From a virus, in IMG/VR virus record IMGVR_UViG_3300012921_000001, positions 1 through 49,982 of that record: a stretch of DNA of 49,982 bases, one strand, 5' to 3'. Made by a program: the position numbers and the translations under genes. Positions 34,727 through 43,308 of the stretch are shown one piece after another. A model generated the notes under the pieces. The model did not search any database. It was not told where the DNA came from and saw nothing but the letters and a program-made list of their open reading frames with translations. Numbering within the stretch: position 1 is the stretch's first letter; each line of letters begins with the position of its first letter.

Positions 34727-36112
34727 TTAGCGACCGCCGGCCAGCACTACATATGGTGACAACTGGTGTCCGCCATTCTCGAGAGTGAGCTTGGAAGACC
34801 AGGACGGCTTACCGTTGATTCTCAGGCGGAATCTGATGACAGTCTTTCCGTTCAAGAAATAAACGTGAATGGACATATCAACCTTCATCTCACCCTTTTT
34901 GATCATCGTGTATTCCGAAGGTGCAATGAGTGCAAAGTCACCCTCAGTACCCAACGCCTTAGCGGCCGGGTGGTAGATGATCGGAACACCGCCCAGAGTA
35001 GGTCTGAGACGCTTGCCATCAGCTCCAGCCATCGGTCCCTGGTAGTAGACGTTCAGAGTTCCAGCGGCATTGTTCAATGTCGGCAGAACTTCCTTAGCCT
35101 TAGGCTGGATTACCCAAACCGCGCTATCCATGCACTCTTCAGGGAAGGCAGCCAACATCTTATCGACGTTTTCGGTACAGAGTTTAGGCTGAGAACTTTC
35201 CTTGGCGATCAAGATACGTGCCTTGTTGTTTGCATGGCACATACCCGCCGGTGAGCCAAGACCTGGACCATACAACGCCTTTTTATCAAGTTCGTATGCC
35301 AGAGACTTGTCTACCAATCGACGTGCCTGGGTTTCAAAAGCAGGCGCATCTTCAAGCATGTTGTCTGTCGCAAGGATGTAGCAACCTACTTCCTTCAAGT
35401 TCAATGTCTTTTCCGTGAGCTTGAATGCGGTTTCAGACAGCGTTTCACCTTCGTCATACCAAACGACCTGGACGCCAGACGCAACCTTACCGGCAGACAG
35501 ATCTTTGTCATCTGCTTCCAAATAATGAAGCGAATTGCCGACCGTGATCGGTGTAGTAGGAATCAACGATGTGATCTGGCCCACTTTCCATGCTGTTTCA
35601 AGAATGTCGGTGGACTGTGGACGCGGAATTAAGAAAGCACCATCTTTGAGCAATCTGGTGTCACCACCGGCTTTATTCTGCTCATTCGTATACATCTCAT
35701 TGAGCGCGATTAAGCGAGGATCAATGATTCTTGATTGAGCCGACTTAGCAGCTGTACAAATGAAGTCACCAAGGCTGGCAAAGCCAAACATGGGATCTTC
35801 TTTCTTGGTTTCGATGCGCGGCGTTTTACTGCCAGCGGTCTCGGGATTCGGCGGATCGATTGCTCTGTTTACCGGCTTGCTATCCGCTTCTTCTTGTGCA
35901 GCAGCAGCGGCTTCTTCAGCAGCTGCTTCAGCAGCAGCTGCTTGCAAATCATCAATAGCCGCTGTGTCATCGGCAATCCTTGTCTTCAGTGAGTCACGCT
36001 CCGCACGCTGTTCATCAGTCCAGCCTTCTTTTTGAGCTGATGCAGTTTCGATCAGCTTTTTGAGGGCAGCACGATTGGCAGCACGCTGAGCGATCAGCTT
36101 TTGCAAATTCAT
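34727..36112 (-). CDS. major capsid protein, HK97 family, with an N-terminal delta/scaffold-like coiled coil
   Basis: 461 aa. It has an Ala/Glu-rich helical N-terminus followed by an HK97-like body, and it follows the protease. Confidence 0.85.
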   Translation of the reverse strand: MNLQKLIAQRAANRAALKKLIETASAQKEGWTDEQRAERDSLKTRIADDTAAIDDLQAAAAEAAAEEAAAAAQEEADSKPVNRAIDPPNPETAGSKTPRIETKKEDPMFGFASLGDFICTAAKSAQSRIIDPRLIALNEMYTNEQNKAGGDTRLLKDGAFLIPRPQSTDILETAWKVGQITSLIPTTPITVGNSLHYLEADDKDLSAGKVASGVQVVWYDEGETLSETAFKLTEKTLNLKEVGCYILATDNMLEDAPAFETQARRLVDKSLAYELDKKALYGPGLGSPAGMCHANNKARILIAKESSQPKLCTENVDKMLAAFPEECMDSAVWVIQPKAKEVLPTLNNAAGTLNVYYQGPMAGADGKRLRPTLGGVPIIYHPAAKALGTEGDFALIAPSEYTMIKKGEMKVDMSIHVYFLNGKTVIRFRLRINGKPSWSSKLTLENGGHQLSPYVVLAGGR

Positions 36113-36117
36113 AGTTT

Positions 36118-36277
36118 CTACCTCTTAAGGTTGTGGGATCGCTGCAACGCAATGCAGACAGCTCACCCGGTGTGAAAAACTGTCGCGTCAACCTGACCGC
36201 GCCCTAATTGCTAAAATCCAATTCGGCAGCCGTGCCACCGCCACTGGTATCTAGCCAATATTAGTTTTAAGAGGTAG
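36118..36277 (-). repeat. 11-bp perfect inverted repeat pair flanking the protease-capsid intergenic region; the downstream arm contains the capsid Shine-Dalgarno
   Basis: The plus strand reads CTACCTCTTAA at 36118..36128 and TTAAGAGGTAG at 36267..36277. In the mRNA sense this is 5' CUACCUCUUAA … UUAAGAGGUAG-aaacu-AUG. Confidence 0.6.
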
Positions 36278-36289
36278 TTATTCTGTTTT

Positions 36290-37051
36290 TTACTCGTCCA
36301 GGGCGATAAGGTTATCTCGCCAGATCTGTGTCTCTATCTCGTGTTTCGAGGCTGAGATTATTGGCGAAGCGTTCACGCCGTGACGCTCCAATTGCGCCAA
36401 CAGATGTGGTGTCAAAACAGGTTCCATCTCAGACCTGTGAGCGCGAAGCAATTCACGGTCATCATTGTCAATCCAAGACAAGTCACGAGAAGCACGATTC
36501 AAAGCGCGCATCAGAGCAGCCTTTTCTTCGGTCGCCAGCGGCAACGATGAAGCAATGCCTACCAGACCTTCAGTCGAAGTGAAGCGCGGCAAAGTCACTG
36601 GGCTCGTTTCCCTCAGAGAACACTTAATCAGGTGCTGAATGTCATAGCCATCTTCCAGCGAATAATCATCGGTAAGGATGAAGAAGCCGACAGAGCCGCC
36701 ATCAATATCACCGCGTGCAAGGTCTTCCATCAAGCCCTGCACCATCGGCTTCTTCATGTTTGGCTTCGCTGTCGCCCAGAGTCCTTTTTCGTCAGATCCA
36801 AAGCTTGCAGTGCCTTTGCTCTTTCTTCCCAGCACCTGTTCCCAATCATGCTGGTTTAGCATGTATATTTCATCTTCGCTTGCCAAAGACTCATCAAAGC
36901 AACCGGCTTCCCACTTCCAGCGCTTGTATCCGTAGATAAGCTCAGAAGTGGTGCCATAAAGAGCGAAGTGACCACTGATCTGGTTTTCTTTCTTTGCCGC
37001 TGCTTTGTCCAGCGAATGCTCAAAACTGCATACGTTAAATGCATGTGTCAC
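36290..37051 (-). CDS. prohead protease, HK97 (S78) family
   Basis: Contains YMLNQHDWEQVLG and GDIDGGSVGF. GTGA overlap with the portal stop. Confidence 0.85.
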   Translation of the reverse strand: MTHAFNVCSFEHSLDKAAAKKENQISGHFALYGTTSELIYGYKRWKWEAGCFDESLASEDEIYMLNQHDWEQVLGRKSKGTASFGSDEKGLWATAKPNMKKPMVQGLMEDLARGDIDGGSVGFFILTDDYSLEDGYDIQHLIKCSLRETSPVTLPRFTSTEGLVGIASSLPLATEEKAALMRALNRASRDLSWIDNDDRELLRAHRSEMEPVLTPHLLAQLERHGVNASPIISASKHEIETQIWRDNLIALDE

Positions 37052-38814
37052 GATACAACCCCCGCTATTTTGAAAAGCTCATCAAGCTCAGTGCGTGCGA
37101 CCAATTCCGATGATTTCAGAAGCATTGTTTCTTTGAAATCATTGGCGGCAATTTTGTGCAGGTCTTCTAAACTCTTTTCGACCATGCGATTAGCAAGCTG
37201 AATCAGAAAGAGTTCTTGATCAATCTTCGGACCTGCAAGCATGAGCTTCGCACACGTGGATACAGGCACTCTGAAGGCGTTTCTGATGGCTTCCAGGTGT
37301 CCTTTATAGAAGGTCTTCATGTAAGTCCAACCTTCGGCAGCGGGCTTGCCGCTATGCACGCGTTTCATGGTTGACTCAAAGGCTTCTATTTCACGGCTAT
37401 GGCATCGTGAAGCAGCATCCTCAAAGGCAGGCAACATCAAGGCTTTCAACTCAATCAGAGACTCCTCTGAAGCTGCTGCAAAAATGCCATCCGCGACAGC
37501 AGCCGCATCCTTCTTATCCACAGGCTTCTTCTCCTCTTTCTTCGGCTTCTCATCAGCTTCCGGTTCCGGCGCTGCAATGATCTTGCCGTTAGGTGCGTGA
37601 GATGTAGGAATTAACAGGGCATTGCCAATCTCGTCTTCATGCGGCTTCAGGTTACGCTCTGCTCTTGCTTCGTTCGGAGCAAGGATGCCAGCGGTAACAT
37701 CAGCGCGTTGTGACTCGTGTTTCTTGGCTTGGTTAGCCCATTCCAGTTGATCAACGTCATACTCAACAATGAAGTACTTACGCTCAGGGCGCTTCAAGAA
37801 ATCGCGCTCTTTCGCTTGCTGAAAGATGGTCAGAATAGGCGAAGCTGTATCCTCACGGTATTCATCGCCCTGGGTTTCAATGTTGTTATTTGTGCTTCGG
37901 TCGAGCAGCCCTACTTTGTGCTCCTGGACCCCGAAGTATCGGCAGATAGTAGATTCATTGCGCCTTCTCTGCGCATCCATCTCTGCGTCTTTGTTCGTCA
38001 TCAAGTTCATCAAGAAAGGCTTCAATCCCATATCGAGAATGCCGCCAGCGCGATGCTTGTTTTTCAGCCCGCCATTTTTCTTGACGATGTCTTCATAGAT
38101 CTCGTCTTTCTTCTTGATGTCCACCGCTTTATCGGTGATGAAGTAATAGGGCGGCGTTGCATCATTGTGCAAATATCGCTCTGTGAATTCGTCGAAGTCA
38201 CGGCAGAGCTGGATCGCTCTCTGTGCAACCGCACACGTGGAGATACCTACAATTCCTTCCGTCGAAGGTGCAGCGATGTGGTGTACTTCCCACTTCTCAA
38301 GTTCATGCGGTTCGCCACTTCGATCCGTGTACTTGTAAATGAGCCTATCGTCAGCCTTATGTCTGGTGACTTCCATCCTGGACGGATGCAGCGGATTAAG
38401 TGCCACCACGTCACCACGCCTGTTGACCAATTTCTGGTCATAGCTATTGCCGTACATGAAGTATCTGAGCACGCGCATGTAGTCATACTGCGCCCAGGTC
38501 TGTTCATCGTTCGGAGCAACCGAGATGACGTAATAGTTAGGGTGGTTAACTGCCTTCTCGTATCCACCATTCGGCAGACTTCGATACAGGAAGCGCGGCA
38601 AGCTGCTCACAGTGCCTCCTACAAGAATCATGCACCGCCATGCAATTGAGCAGTAATAGACATCTTCTTCCGTCAACTGCTTGCCGGTGATTGGGTTCTT
38701 CTCCCAACCTATGCGCATCATCCCCGGTGGCATCCATGCGCCCGGCTCATTCCAGAGATCCTTCAGCGCGTCAGCCGTAAATGGGTTTAAGTTGTTAATT
38801 GCTCTAGTCAGCAT
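37048..38814 (-). CDS. portal protein, HK97 family, with a Lys/Glu-rich C-terminal extension
   Basis: 588 aa, located between the terminase and protease. The portal-like core contains YDYMRVLRYFMYGNSY. Confidence 0.85.
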   Translation of the reverse strand: MLTRAINNLNPFTADALKDLWNEPGAWMPPGMMRIGWEKNPITGKQLTEEDVYYCSIAWRCMILVGGTVSSLPRFLYRSLPNGGYEKAVNHPNYYVISVAPNDEQTWAQYDYMRVLRYFMYGNSYDQKLVNRRGDVVALNPLHPSRMEVTRHKADDRLIYKYTDRSGEPHELEKWEVHHIAAPSTEGIVGISTCAVAQRAIQLCRDFDEFTERYLHNDATPPYYFITDKAVDIKKKDEIYEDIVKKNGGLKNKHRAGGILDMGLKPFLMNLMTNKDAEMDAQRRRNESTICRYFGVQEHKVGLLDRSTNNNIETQGDEYREDTASPILTIFQQAKERDFLKRPERKYFIVEYDVDQLEWANQAKKHESQRADVTAGILAPNEARAERNLKPHEDEIGNALLIPTSHAPNGKIIAAPEPEADEKPKKEEKKPVDKKDAAAVADGIFAAASEESLIELKALMLPAFEDAASRCHSREIEAFESTMKRVHSGKPAAEGWTYMKTFYKGHLEAIRNAFRVPVSTCAKLMLAGPKIDQELFLIQLANRMVEKSLEDLHKIAANDFKETMLLKSSELVARTELDELFKIAGVVS

Positions 38815-38940
38815 CGTTCAGATACTCTCTGTCGATCAGCAGCGCTACAAAAATCAATGTTAAGCCGCTCAGGGCGACAGCCACCCAAAGAGACTTCATA
38901 CTGATCCCGATCAGTAAAAGAAATATGCCGAAAAGCAGCA
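38804..38940 (-). CDS. possible two-TM microprotein between terminase and portal
   Basis: MLLFGIFLLLIGISMKSLWVAVALSGLTLIFVALLIDREYLNDAD. No clear Shine-Dalgarno. The longer track form overlaps TerL. Confidence 0.3.
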
Positions 38941-38981
38941 TGAGCTGGGCGCTTAGATTTACGAGGAATTTAAAGCAGCGT

Positions 38982-40571
38982 TCAAGAGTCGGGGAAAAAC
39001 GTTGGGTTAAGTTCCTCCTCTTTTCCGCCAGTAAGCTCAGAGATCGCACCTCTTGTCGCCAAAGCCATTGCCACCATTCCGTCAATTTTTTTGTGACTAA
39101 GTTTCTTGTCAAACATCTTGCCATGCTTGTTTTCATTGGTCCTCGCATTCATTGCATTCCAAGTCAAAACCGCGTTGTGTGGGTGGATAAGCCGCCCTTC
39201 AGTAATTCTCAGGAGCACTTCTGATGTGCAGGCGTTCATTGGTCCACATGCTTGAGTCGCTTCTACAAGCTCAATTCCGAGCGCTTCCAGTGATTCGACC
39301 AGGTAGTAGCTGTGGTGCTTGTCGTAGTGGCAGACTTTGATTGGGTTGGTTTTCGCAACGTCTGCAACTTTTTCCGCCAGCACTTTGTAATCGGTCCTTA
39401 TCCCAGGAATTGGGGTAAAGTCACCGGCTTCTGCCCATTCGTCATACGGCACATTGTGCTCATACATGTTTTTCTCAATGCACTTCTCTGGCCCGTAGAA
39501 AAACGGGAAGTACATCGGTATGCCGTCATCATTGATAAGCATGAAACAAAGACAAGTAAGATCGTCTTGATCTGCCAAGTCGATACCCAGATAAAGCGGC
39601 TTGCCAGGGAAGTCTTCAAGCTTGTAGTCGTTTCTGCCACATGCTTCCCACTGAACTTCATCAATAGCTGCGTCAATGTCCTGCACCCACTGATTGCAAT
39701 GAAATTGCCTGAGCTTCCGAAGCCAAGTCTTTTTGCGCCGCGCTTTTATCGCAATTTCTTCAATCGACTGATGGCTAGGTGCAAATGGATAACCGGGGTT
39801 AGCAGCTTTCCACGCTTCGACCGAGAAAGGATCTGCCTTTCGATCAGCTTCAGCAATAAACGAAAAGTAAGTAGGGTGGTGCACATCGCCCTTCAGCACC
39901 ATCTTTGCATACTGATATTCTTCATAAGCACTACTGTGAATGTCATCACCGGCGGTGCCTTGCATAATCAGGAGCGGCTGAGAGCGCGCCCCGAAACCTG
40001 TTTGTAGTGCAGCTTGAAGATCGTCTGTCTTTTGCTCCTGGAATTCGTCCATAACGACGATATGGGGAGAACCGCCCAGCTGCGAGACGGCTTCACTAGA
40101 AACGGGCTGAATAAATCCGTGATTCTTCCGGTGCTCGATGATGCAGGAGCCAGGATAGGCAATCAATCTTTCGGTCAGCCACGGGCTAGCCTGAACCATG
40201 CGCACGCAGATCCGTGTAAGTTTCTTCGCTTTTGCTTCGGTTTGAGCAGAAACATAGTTCTCTGCCTCGTGTTCATTGTCACGAATAAGCGAATACAACA
40301 GCAATGCAGCTGTTGCAGTGGTTTTGGCGTTTTTTCTCGCCATTGTGATGAAGGCAGATCGGAAGCGGCGCAGATTGTCTGCACGCTGCTTCCAGCTCAG
40401 AATCGGTCCATAGATGTTCTCGCGCTGCCACTTCTGAAGAATGAATTGCTTTCCAGCCCATTGACCTTCAATTAGCTTGATGTGGGCCGCACAGAAATCA
40501 ACGAAGCGCTGTTCTTCTTCCGAATCGTACCAGTACAGCTCATCTATTTCCTGGCTTCGGTCCACCCTCAT
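38982..40571 (-). CDS. terL: terminase large subunit
   Basis: WQRENIYGPIL…FITMARKNAKTTATAALLLY (Walker A-like), VVMDEF (Walker B), and a C-terminal nuclease domain. Confidence 0.9.
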   Translation of the reverse strand: MRVDRSQEIDELYWYDSEEEQRFVDFCAAHIKLIEGQWAGKQFILQKWQRENIYGPILSWKQRADNLRRFRSAFITMARKNAKTTATAALLLYSLIRDNEHEAENYVSAQTEAKAKKLTRICVRMVQASPWLTERLIAYPGSCIIEHRKNHGFIQPVSSEAVSQLGGSPHIVVMDEFQEQKTDDLQAALQTGFGARSQPLLIMQGTAGDDIHSSAYEEYQYAKMVLKGDVHHPTYFSFIAEADRKADPFSVEAWKAANPGYPFAPSHQSIEEIAIKARRKKTWLRKLRQFHCNQWVQDIDAAIDEVQWEACGRNDYKLEDFPGKPLYLGIDLADQDDLTCLCFMLINDDGIPMYFPFFYGPEKCIEKNMYEHNVPYDEWAEAGDFTPIPGIRTDYKVLAEKVADVAKTNPIKVCHYDKHHSYYLVESLEALGIELVEATQACGPMNACTSEVLLRITEGRLIHPHNAVLTWNAMNARTNENKHGKMFDKKLSHKKIDGMVAMALATRGAISELTGGKEEELNPTFFPDS

Positions 40572-41067
40572 AATAGTTGTCCCATTGATCTTTAGATGAA
40601 GTCACCGGCTGACCTGGTGGTGGCGGGCTTTCTCCACTTCCAGGCGGTTTCTCTTTCACTAAAGCAGTGATACCAAGTTTGGTGGCTAGATCAGATGCAG
40701 CTTTCCACTCTTTTTGAGCAGCAGAAATCTCAGCAGCCTTCTTAAATACACGGTTAGACATGCGCGTGCCTTTTCCGTTCTTGTTGATTTCCCGTTCAAA
40801 CTCAATCGCTCTGCCCGAATGCGAGCAATAAGCGGCAAAAAGTTGAAGCTTTCCAGGATGAAGGTCTAAAAGGGGTAATTCCCGGTTCCACACCTTAACA
40901 GCCTCAGACGCAAGCCAGTCGGGCGGTTCAGGGGTCTTGTCCGTCTGGGGTGGTGGCGTAGTTGGTGCAGGGTTTTCGGGGGGTTCCGTTTTTTTGTGAT
41001 TGCCTTTCTTTGAAATGCGGTCGTGAAAGACCACCGCCGAATCTTCGGCTTTTTTCTGTCTTGGCAT
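40540..41067 (-). CDS. terS: terminase small subunit (P27-family-like)
   Basis: PDWLASEAVKVWNRELPLLD…LQLFAAYCSHSGRAIEFEREI pattern. AGGAAGGA Shine-Dalgarno upstream. Overlaps terL. Confidence 0.7.
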   Translation of the reverse strand: MPRQKKAEDSAVVFHDRISKKGNHKKTEPPENPAPTTPPPQTDKTPEPPDWLASEAVKVWNRELPLLDLHPGKLQLFAAYCSHSGRAIEFEREINKNGKGTRMSNRVFKKAAEISAAQKEWKAASDLATKLGITALVKEKPPGSGESPPPPGQPVTSSKDQWDNYYEGGPKPGNR

Positions 41068-41266
41068 ATTCCTTCCTAGTTGAAACCGCTGCTGGTGTCA
41101 CTCCCCGTAGATTAAGCCCCGAAACGCGCATCTACGCGGGGGGCTGCGACGCGGGGTCGTTTGCGAAAAGTCCTGAAGGATTTTACCCACCCCCCTGGGG
41201 TGGCAACAGAGAACCGCATTAGAAGCCGCTCTAAGCCTTTCTATTGCCACCAGGGATAGAGGCGCG

Positions 41267-41620
41267 TTATTTACCCTTCTTTGTCTTATTCTCGTCTACA
41301 GGGACAGGAGAAGGGCTTGTGATAGCCGATTCCACAGGTACTACCTCAGTAGTAGTGAAGCCTTGTCCATCATCCTTCTTGAGTAGCATCTGTCCTTCAC
41401 CTGCTTCTACTGCACTGCTATTGGGTTCGTGCTCAGCAGGGCCTGCGAGTAGGAGCACAGGCCTGGTGATGTGCTTCTCTTTGACTACGTAGTCTGAATC
41501 GGGCTTCTCATAGGCTTCTGCTATGGTCTGCTCTATGGGGTCGGATGGGTTCACATCCAGAGTGATGATCTCGACATAGGTGCGAGTGCGTTGAAATAGG
41601 CGCCTTTCTAATGTAGCCAT
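41267..41620 (-). CDS. hypothetical protein
   Basis: 117-aa ORF between the HNH gene and the terminase. Confidence 0.5.
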   Translation of the reverse strand: MATLERRLFQRTRTYVEIITLDVNPSDPIEQTIAEAYEKPDSDYVVKEKHITRPVLLLAGPAEHEPNSSAVEAGEGQMLLKKDDGQGFTTTEVVPVESAITSPSPVPVDENKTKKGK

Positions 41621-41672
41621 GGTGTGCTAAGTCCTTGTGTGTATGTGCACCTATTGTGGTGCAGTGGTGTAA

Positions 41673-42089
41673 TTACTCTTGGTCTAGTGCTTCTGCACTA
41701 GCGGCTTCTGCTGCGTCATGGGCTATGAGTTCAGCCTCTGCTGCACGCTCTGCTTCTGCCTCTGCTATGGCTTCTGCTACATGGTCAACCTCTATGGGTT
41801 CTGAGGCAGCTTCCTGTGATAAAGCTTGGCTGTCTTCTTGCTTTGGGGCTTCTTCTGCCGCCACCTCCACTGGTGCAGCAGCAGGCTCTTCAGCAGGGGT
41901 AAACCCTGGTGCTGCCTGTGGTCTACTCATACTGATGAGATGTGCCGACTGTGGGTAGCGTGCCACTTCACTAACGCCTTCACCTGATGCTGCATTGGCT
42001 AGGGCTAGGGCTTCTTCTTCGCTGTAATCGCCTTTGATTACAACCTGTTCTTTAATGGTGCTTTCTCTGGAATAAATTCGTTCAATCAT
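41673..42089 (-). CDS. acidic Ala/Glu-rich hypothetical protein
   Basis: The start overlaps the HNH gene stop by 8 nt. The antisense 107-aa Ala/Ser ORF is judged a mirror artefact. Confidence 0.55.
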   Translation of the reverse strand: MIERIYSRESTIKEQVVIKGDYSEEEALALANAASGEGVSEVARYPQSAHLISMSRPQAAPGFTPAEEPAAAPVEVAAEEAPKQEDSQALSQEAASEPIEVDHVAEAIAEAEAERAAEAELIAHDAAEAASAEALDQE

Positions 42090-42936
42090 GGATGACGTTA
42101 TCCTCTCTGGATGGTTCGTAGTGTTGCCACCAGTCTTCTACTAGGTAGGACCAATCGAAGGATTGATCACGTTTTTCGTCCTGCCTAATTCGCTCCATGC
42201 AGAGTGCGGCAGGTGTTTCTAGTACGAAGACCTTGGCACCATACCTAGCCCTGAATTCATCACGTGTGGCTTTCTTGGTGCCTGTGATAATGATCCATGC
42301 AGTAAGAGTACTTTCTTCTTTATCCAATGCTGCATAAATCGCGTCTCTGGCTTCCCAGCCGTATTTCAGGAGTTCGCGCGGTTTACGGTGAGTTTCAATT
42401 CCACAGAGTGCAGACATCAAAGCGTCGAAGTCCAAAACCAAATGATGTGGCTTTCGATTGTTTTTAACGAAGGTGGATTTACCGGAACCAGGGGGACCAC
42501 ATACGAGGAAGACAGTTCTGCCTGGTTTGCTACCTGTCCAGCCGTCTTCTTTCCTGGTCTTCGATGTGTGGCAGTCGTGGCAGAGAGATTGAATATTCTT
42601 GCCGTCTCTTCCATCGCTACCGCCGAAGCTCATCGGGATCATGTGGTCTACTTCGTTTGCAATTCGGCCACAGGGGTTTTGTTTTTGGTGGTGAAGGCAG
42701 GACTTCTCACACTGGCAGAAAGGGCTTGCGTTAGGGAATGCTTCGGATGGAGTGCTGAGTTGTCCAGGTCGAATTACGTCACGCCACACTTTTGAGTTAT
42801 AGAGTTTTTTGCTTTCCGGATCTCTTTCGCGTTTATCGCGTCGTTTGTTGTCGGTTTTTTTGCAGCGGTCACAGTAGCGTTTGCCAAGTTCGATGACCGC
42901 ATAGCAACCAGGTCCATTGCATTGTTTTTTTGGCAT
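42082..42936 (-). CDS. HNH endonuclease fused to a P-loop NTPase/kinase-like domain
   Basis: The N-terminal half has a CxxC zinc ribbon, VDHMIPMSFGG and NIQSLCHDCHTSKT. The C-terminal half has Walker A VCGPPGSGKST, LVLDFD, and a kinase-like lid with Arg residues. Confidence 0.8.
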   Translation of the reverse strand: MPKKQCNGPGCYAVIELGKRYCDRCKKTDNKRRDKRERDPESKKLYNSKVWRDVIRPGQLSTPSEAFPNASPFCQCEKSCLHHQKQNPCGRIANEVDHMIPMSFGGSDGRDGKNIQSLCHDCHTSKTRKEDGWTGSKPGRTVFLVCGPPGSGKSTFVKNNRKPHHLVLDFDALMSALCGIETHRKPRELLKYGWEARDAIYAALDKEESTLTAWIIITGTKKATRDEFRARYGAKVFVLETPAALCMERIRQDEKRDQSFDWSYLVEDWWQHYEPSREDNVIHD

Positions 42937-43016
42937 GGGTTATCCTGTTGGATATATAAATGTATGAGTTTTGGATTAGACAGCTGGCACCGTCTGTGAT
43001 GCTTCTAAAAATGATT

Positions 43017-43050
43017 GCCAGGTGTGATTAGACCTGGCTAGCTATTTTTT
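43017..43050. terminator. hairpin with flanking A and T runs (weak bidirectional terminator candidate)
   Basis: GCCAGGT-8 nt-ACCTGGC, then TAGCTATTTTTT on the plus strand and AATCATTTTT on the minus strand. The U-tracts are offset 5-6 nt from the stem. Confidence 0.35.
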
Positions 43051-43144
43051 AAGCTCAGGGCGGCTGTGAGAGGCTGGAAAAGTGGAGCCGCGGGTTAGCC
43101 GCGGGCGGCACTTCTTTCTCACTGAGCTGACTGCATAAATCAAT

Positions 43145-43237
43145 AGACTATTAGATCTTAGTCAGTCAGTCTCAGTCTTAAGACTAGTCTGTCTTAGACT
43201 AAGACTACGTCTTAGACTAAGACTAGACTGGGAGTCT
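43145..43237. promoter_or_regulatory. dense AGACT/AGTCT pentamer array with overlapping palindromes (operator/activator-site candidate)
   Basis: I count 11 pentamers in 93 bp. Palindromes: AGTCTTAAGACT (43174..43185), AGACTAGTCT (43181..43190), and GTCTTAG-A-CTAAGAC twice (43191..43205 and 43209..43223). Confidence 0.6.
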
Positions 43238-43308
43238 GAGGGGTCAAGTGGAAATCTGAATTGTGTGGTATCGTTCCCGGTGATTGGTCCGCACAACTTG
43301 GAGCCCGT

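Noticed and set aside
37717-38649. 310-aa plus-strand ORF
   Set aside because: It is antisense to the well-supported portal gene. It has no motifs and a hydrophobic/Arg-rich random composition.
39312-40007. 231-aa plus-strand ORF (and 40014..40475)
   Set aside because: It is antisense to the terminase large subunit, whose motifs are unambiguous.
41635-41958. 107-aa Ala/Ser-rich plus-strand ORF
   Set aside because: It is antisense to 41673..42089, which has a start coupled to the HNH gene stop. GCN-rich sequence is open on both strands.
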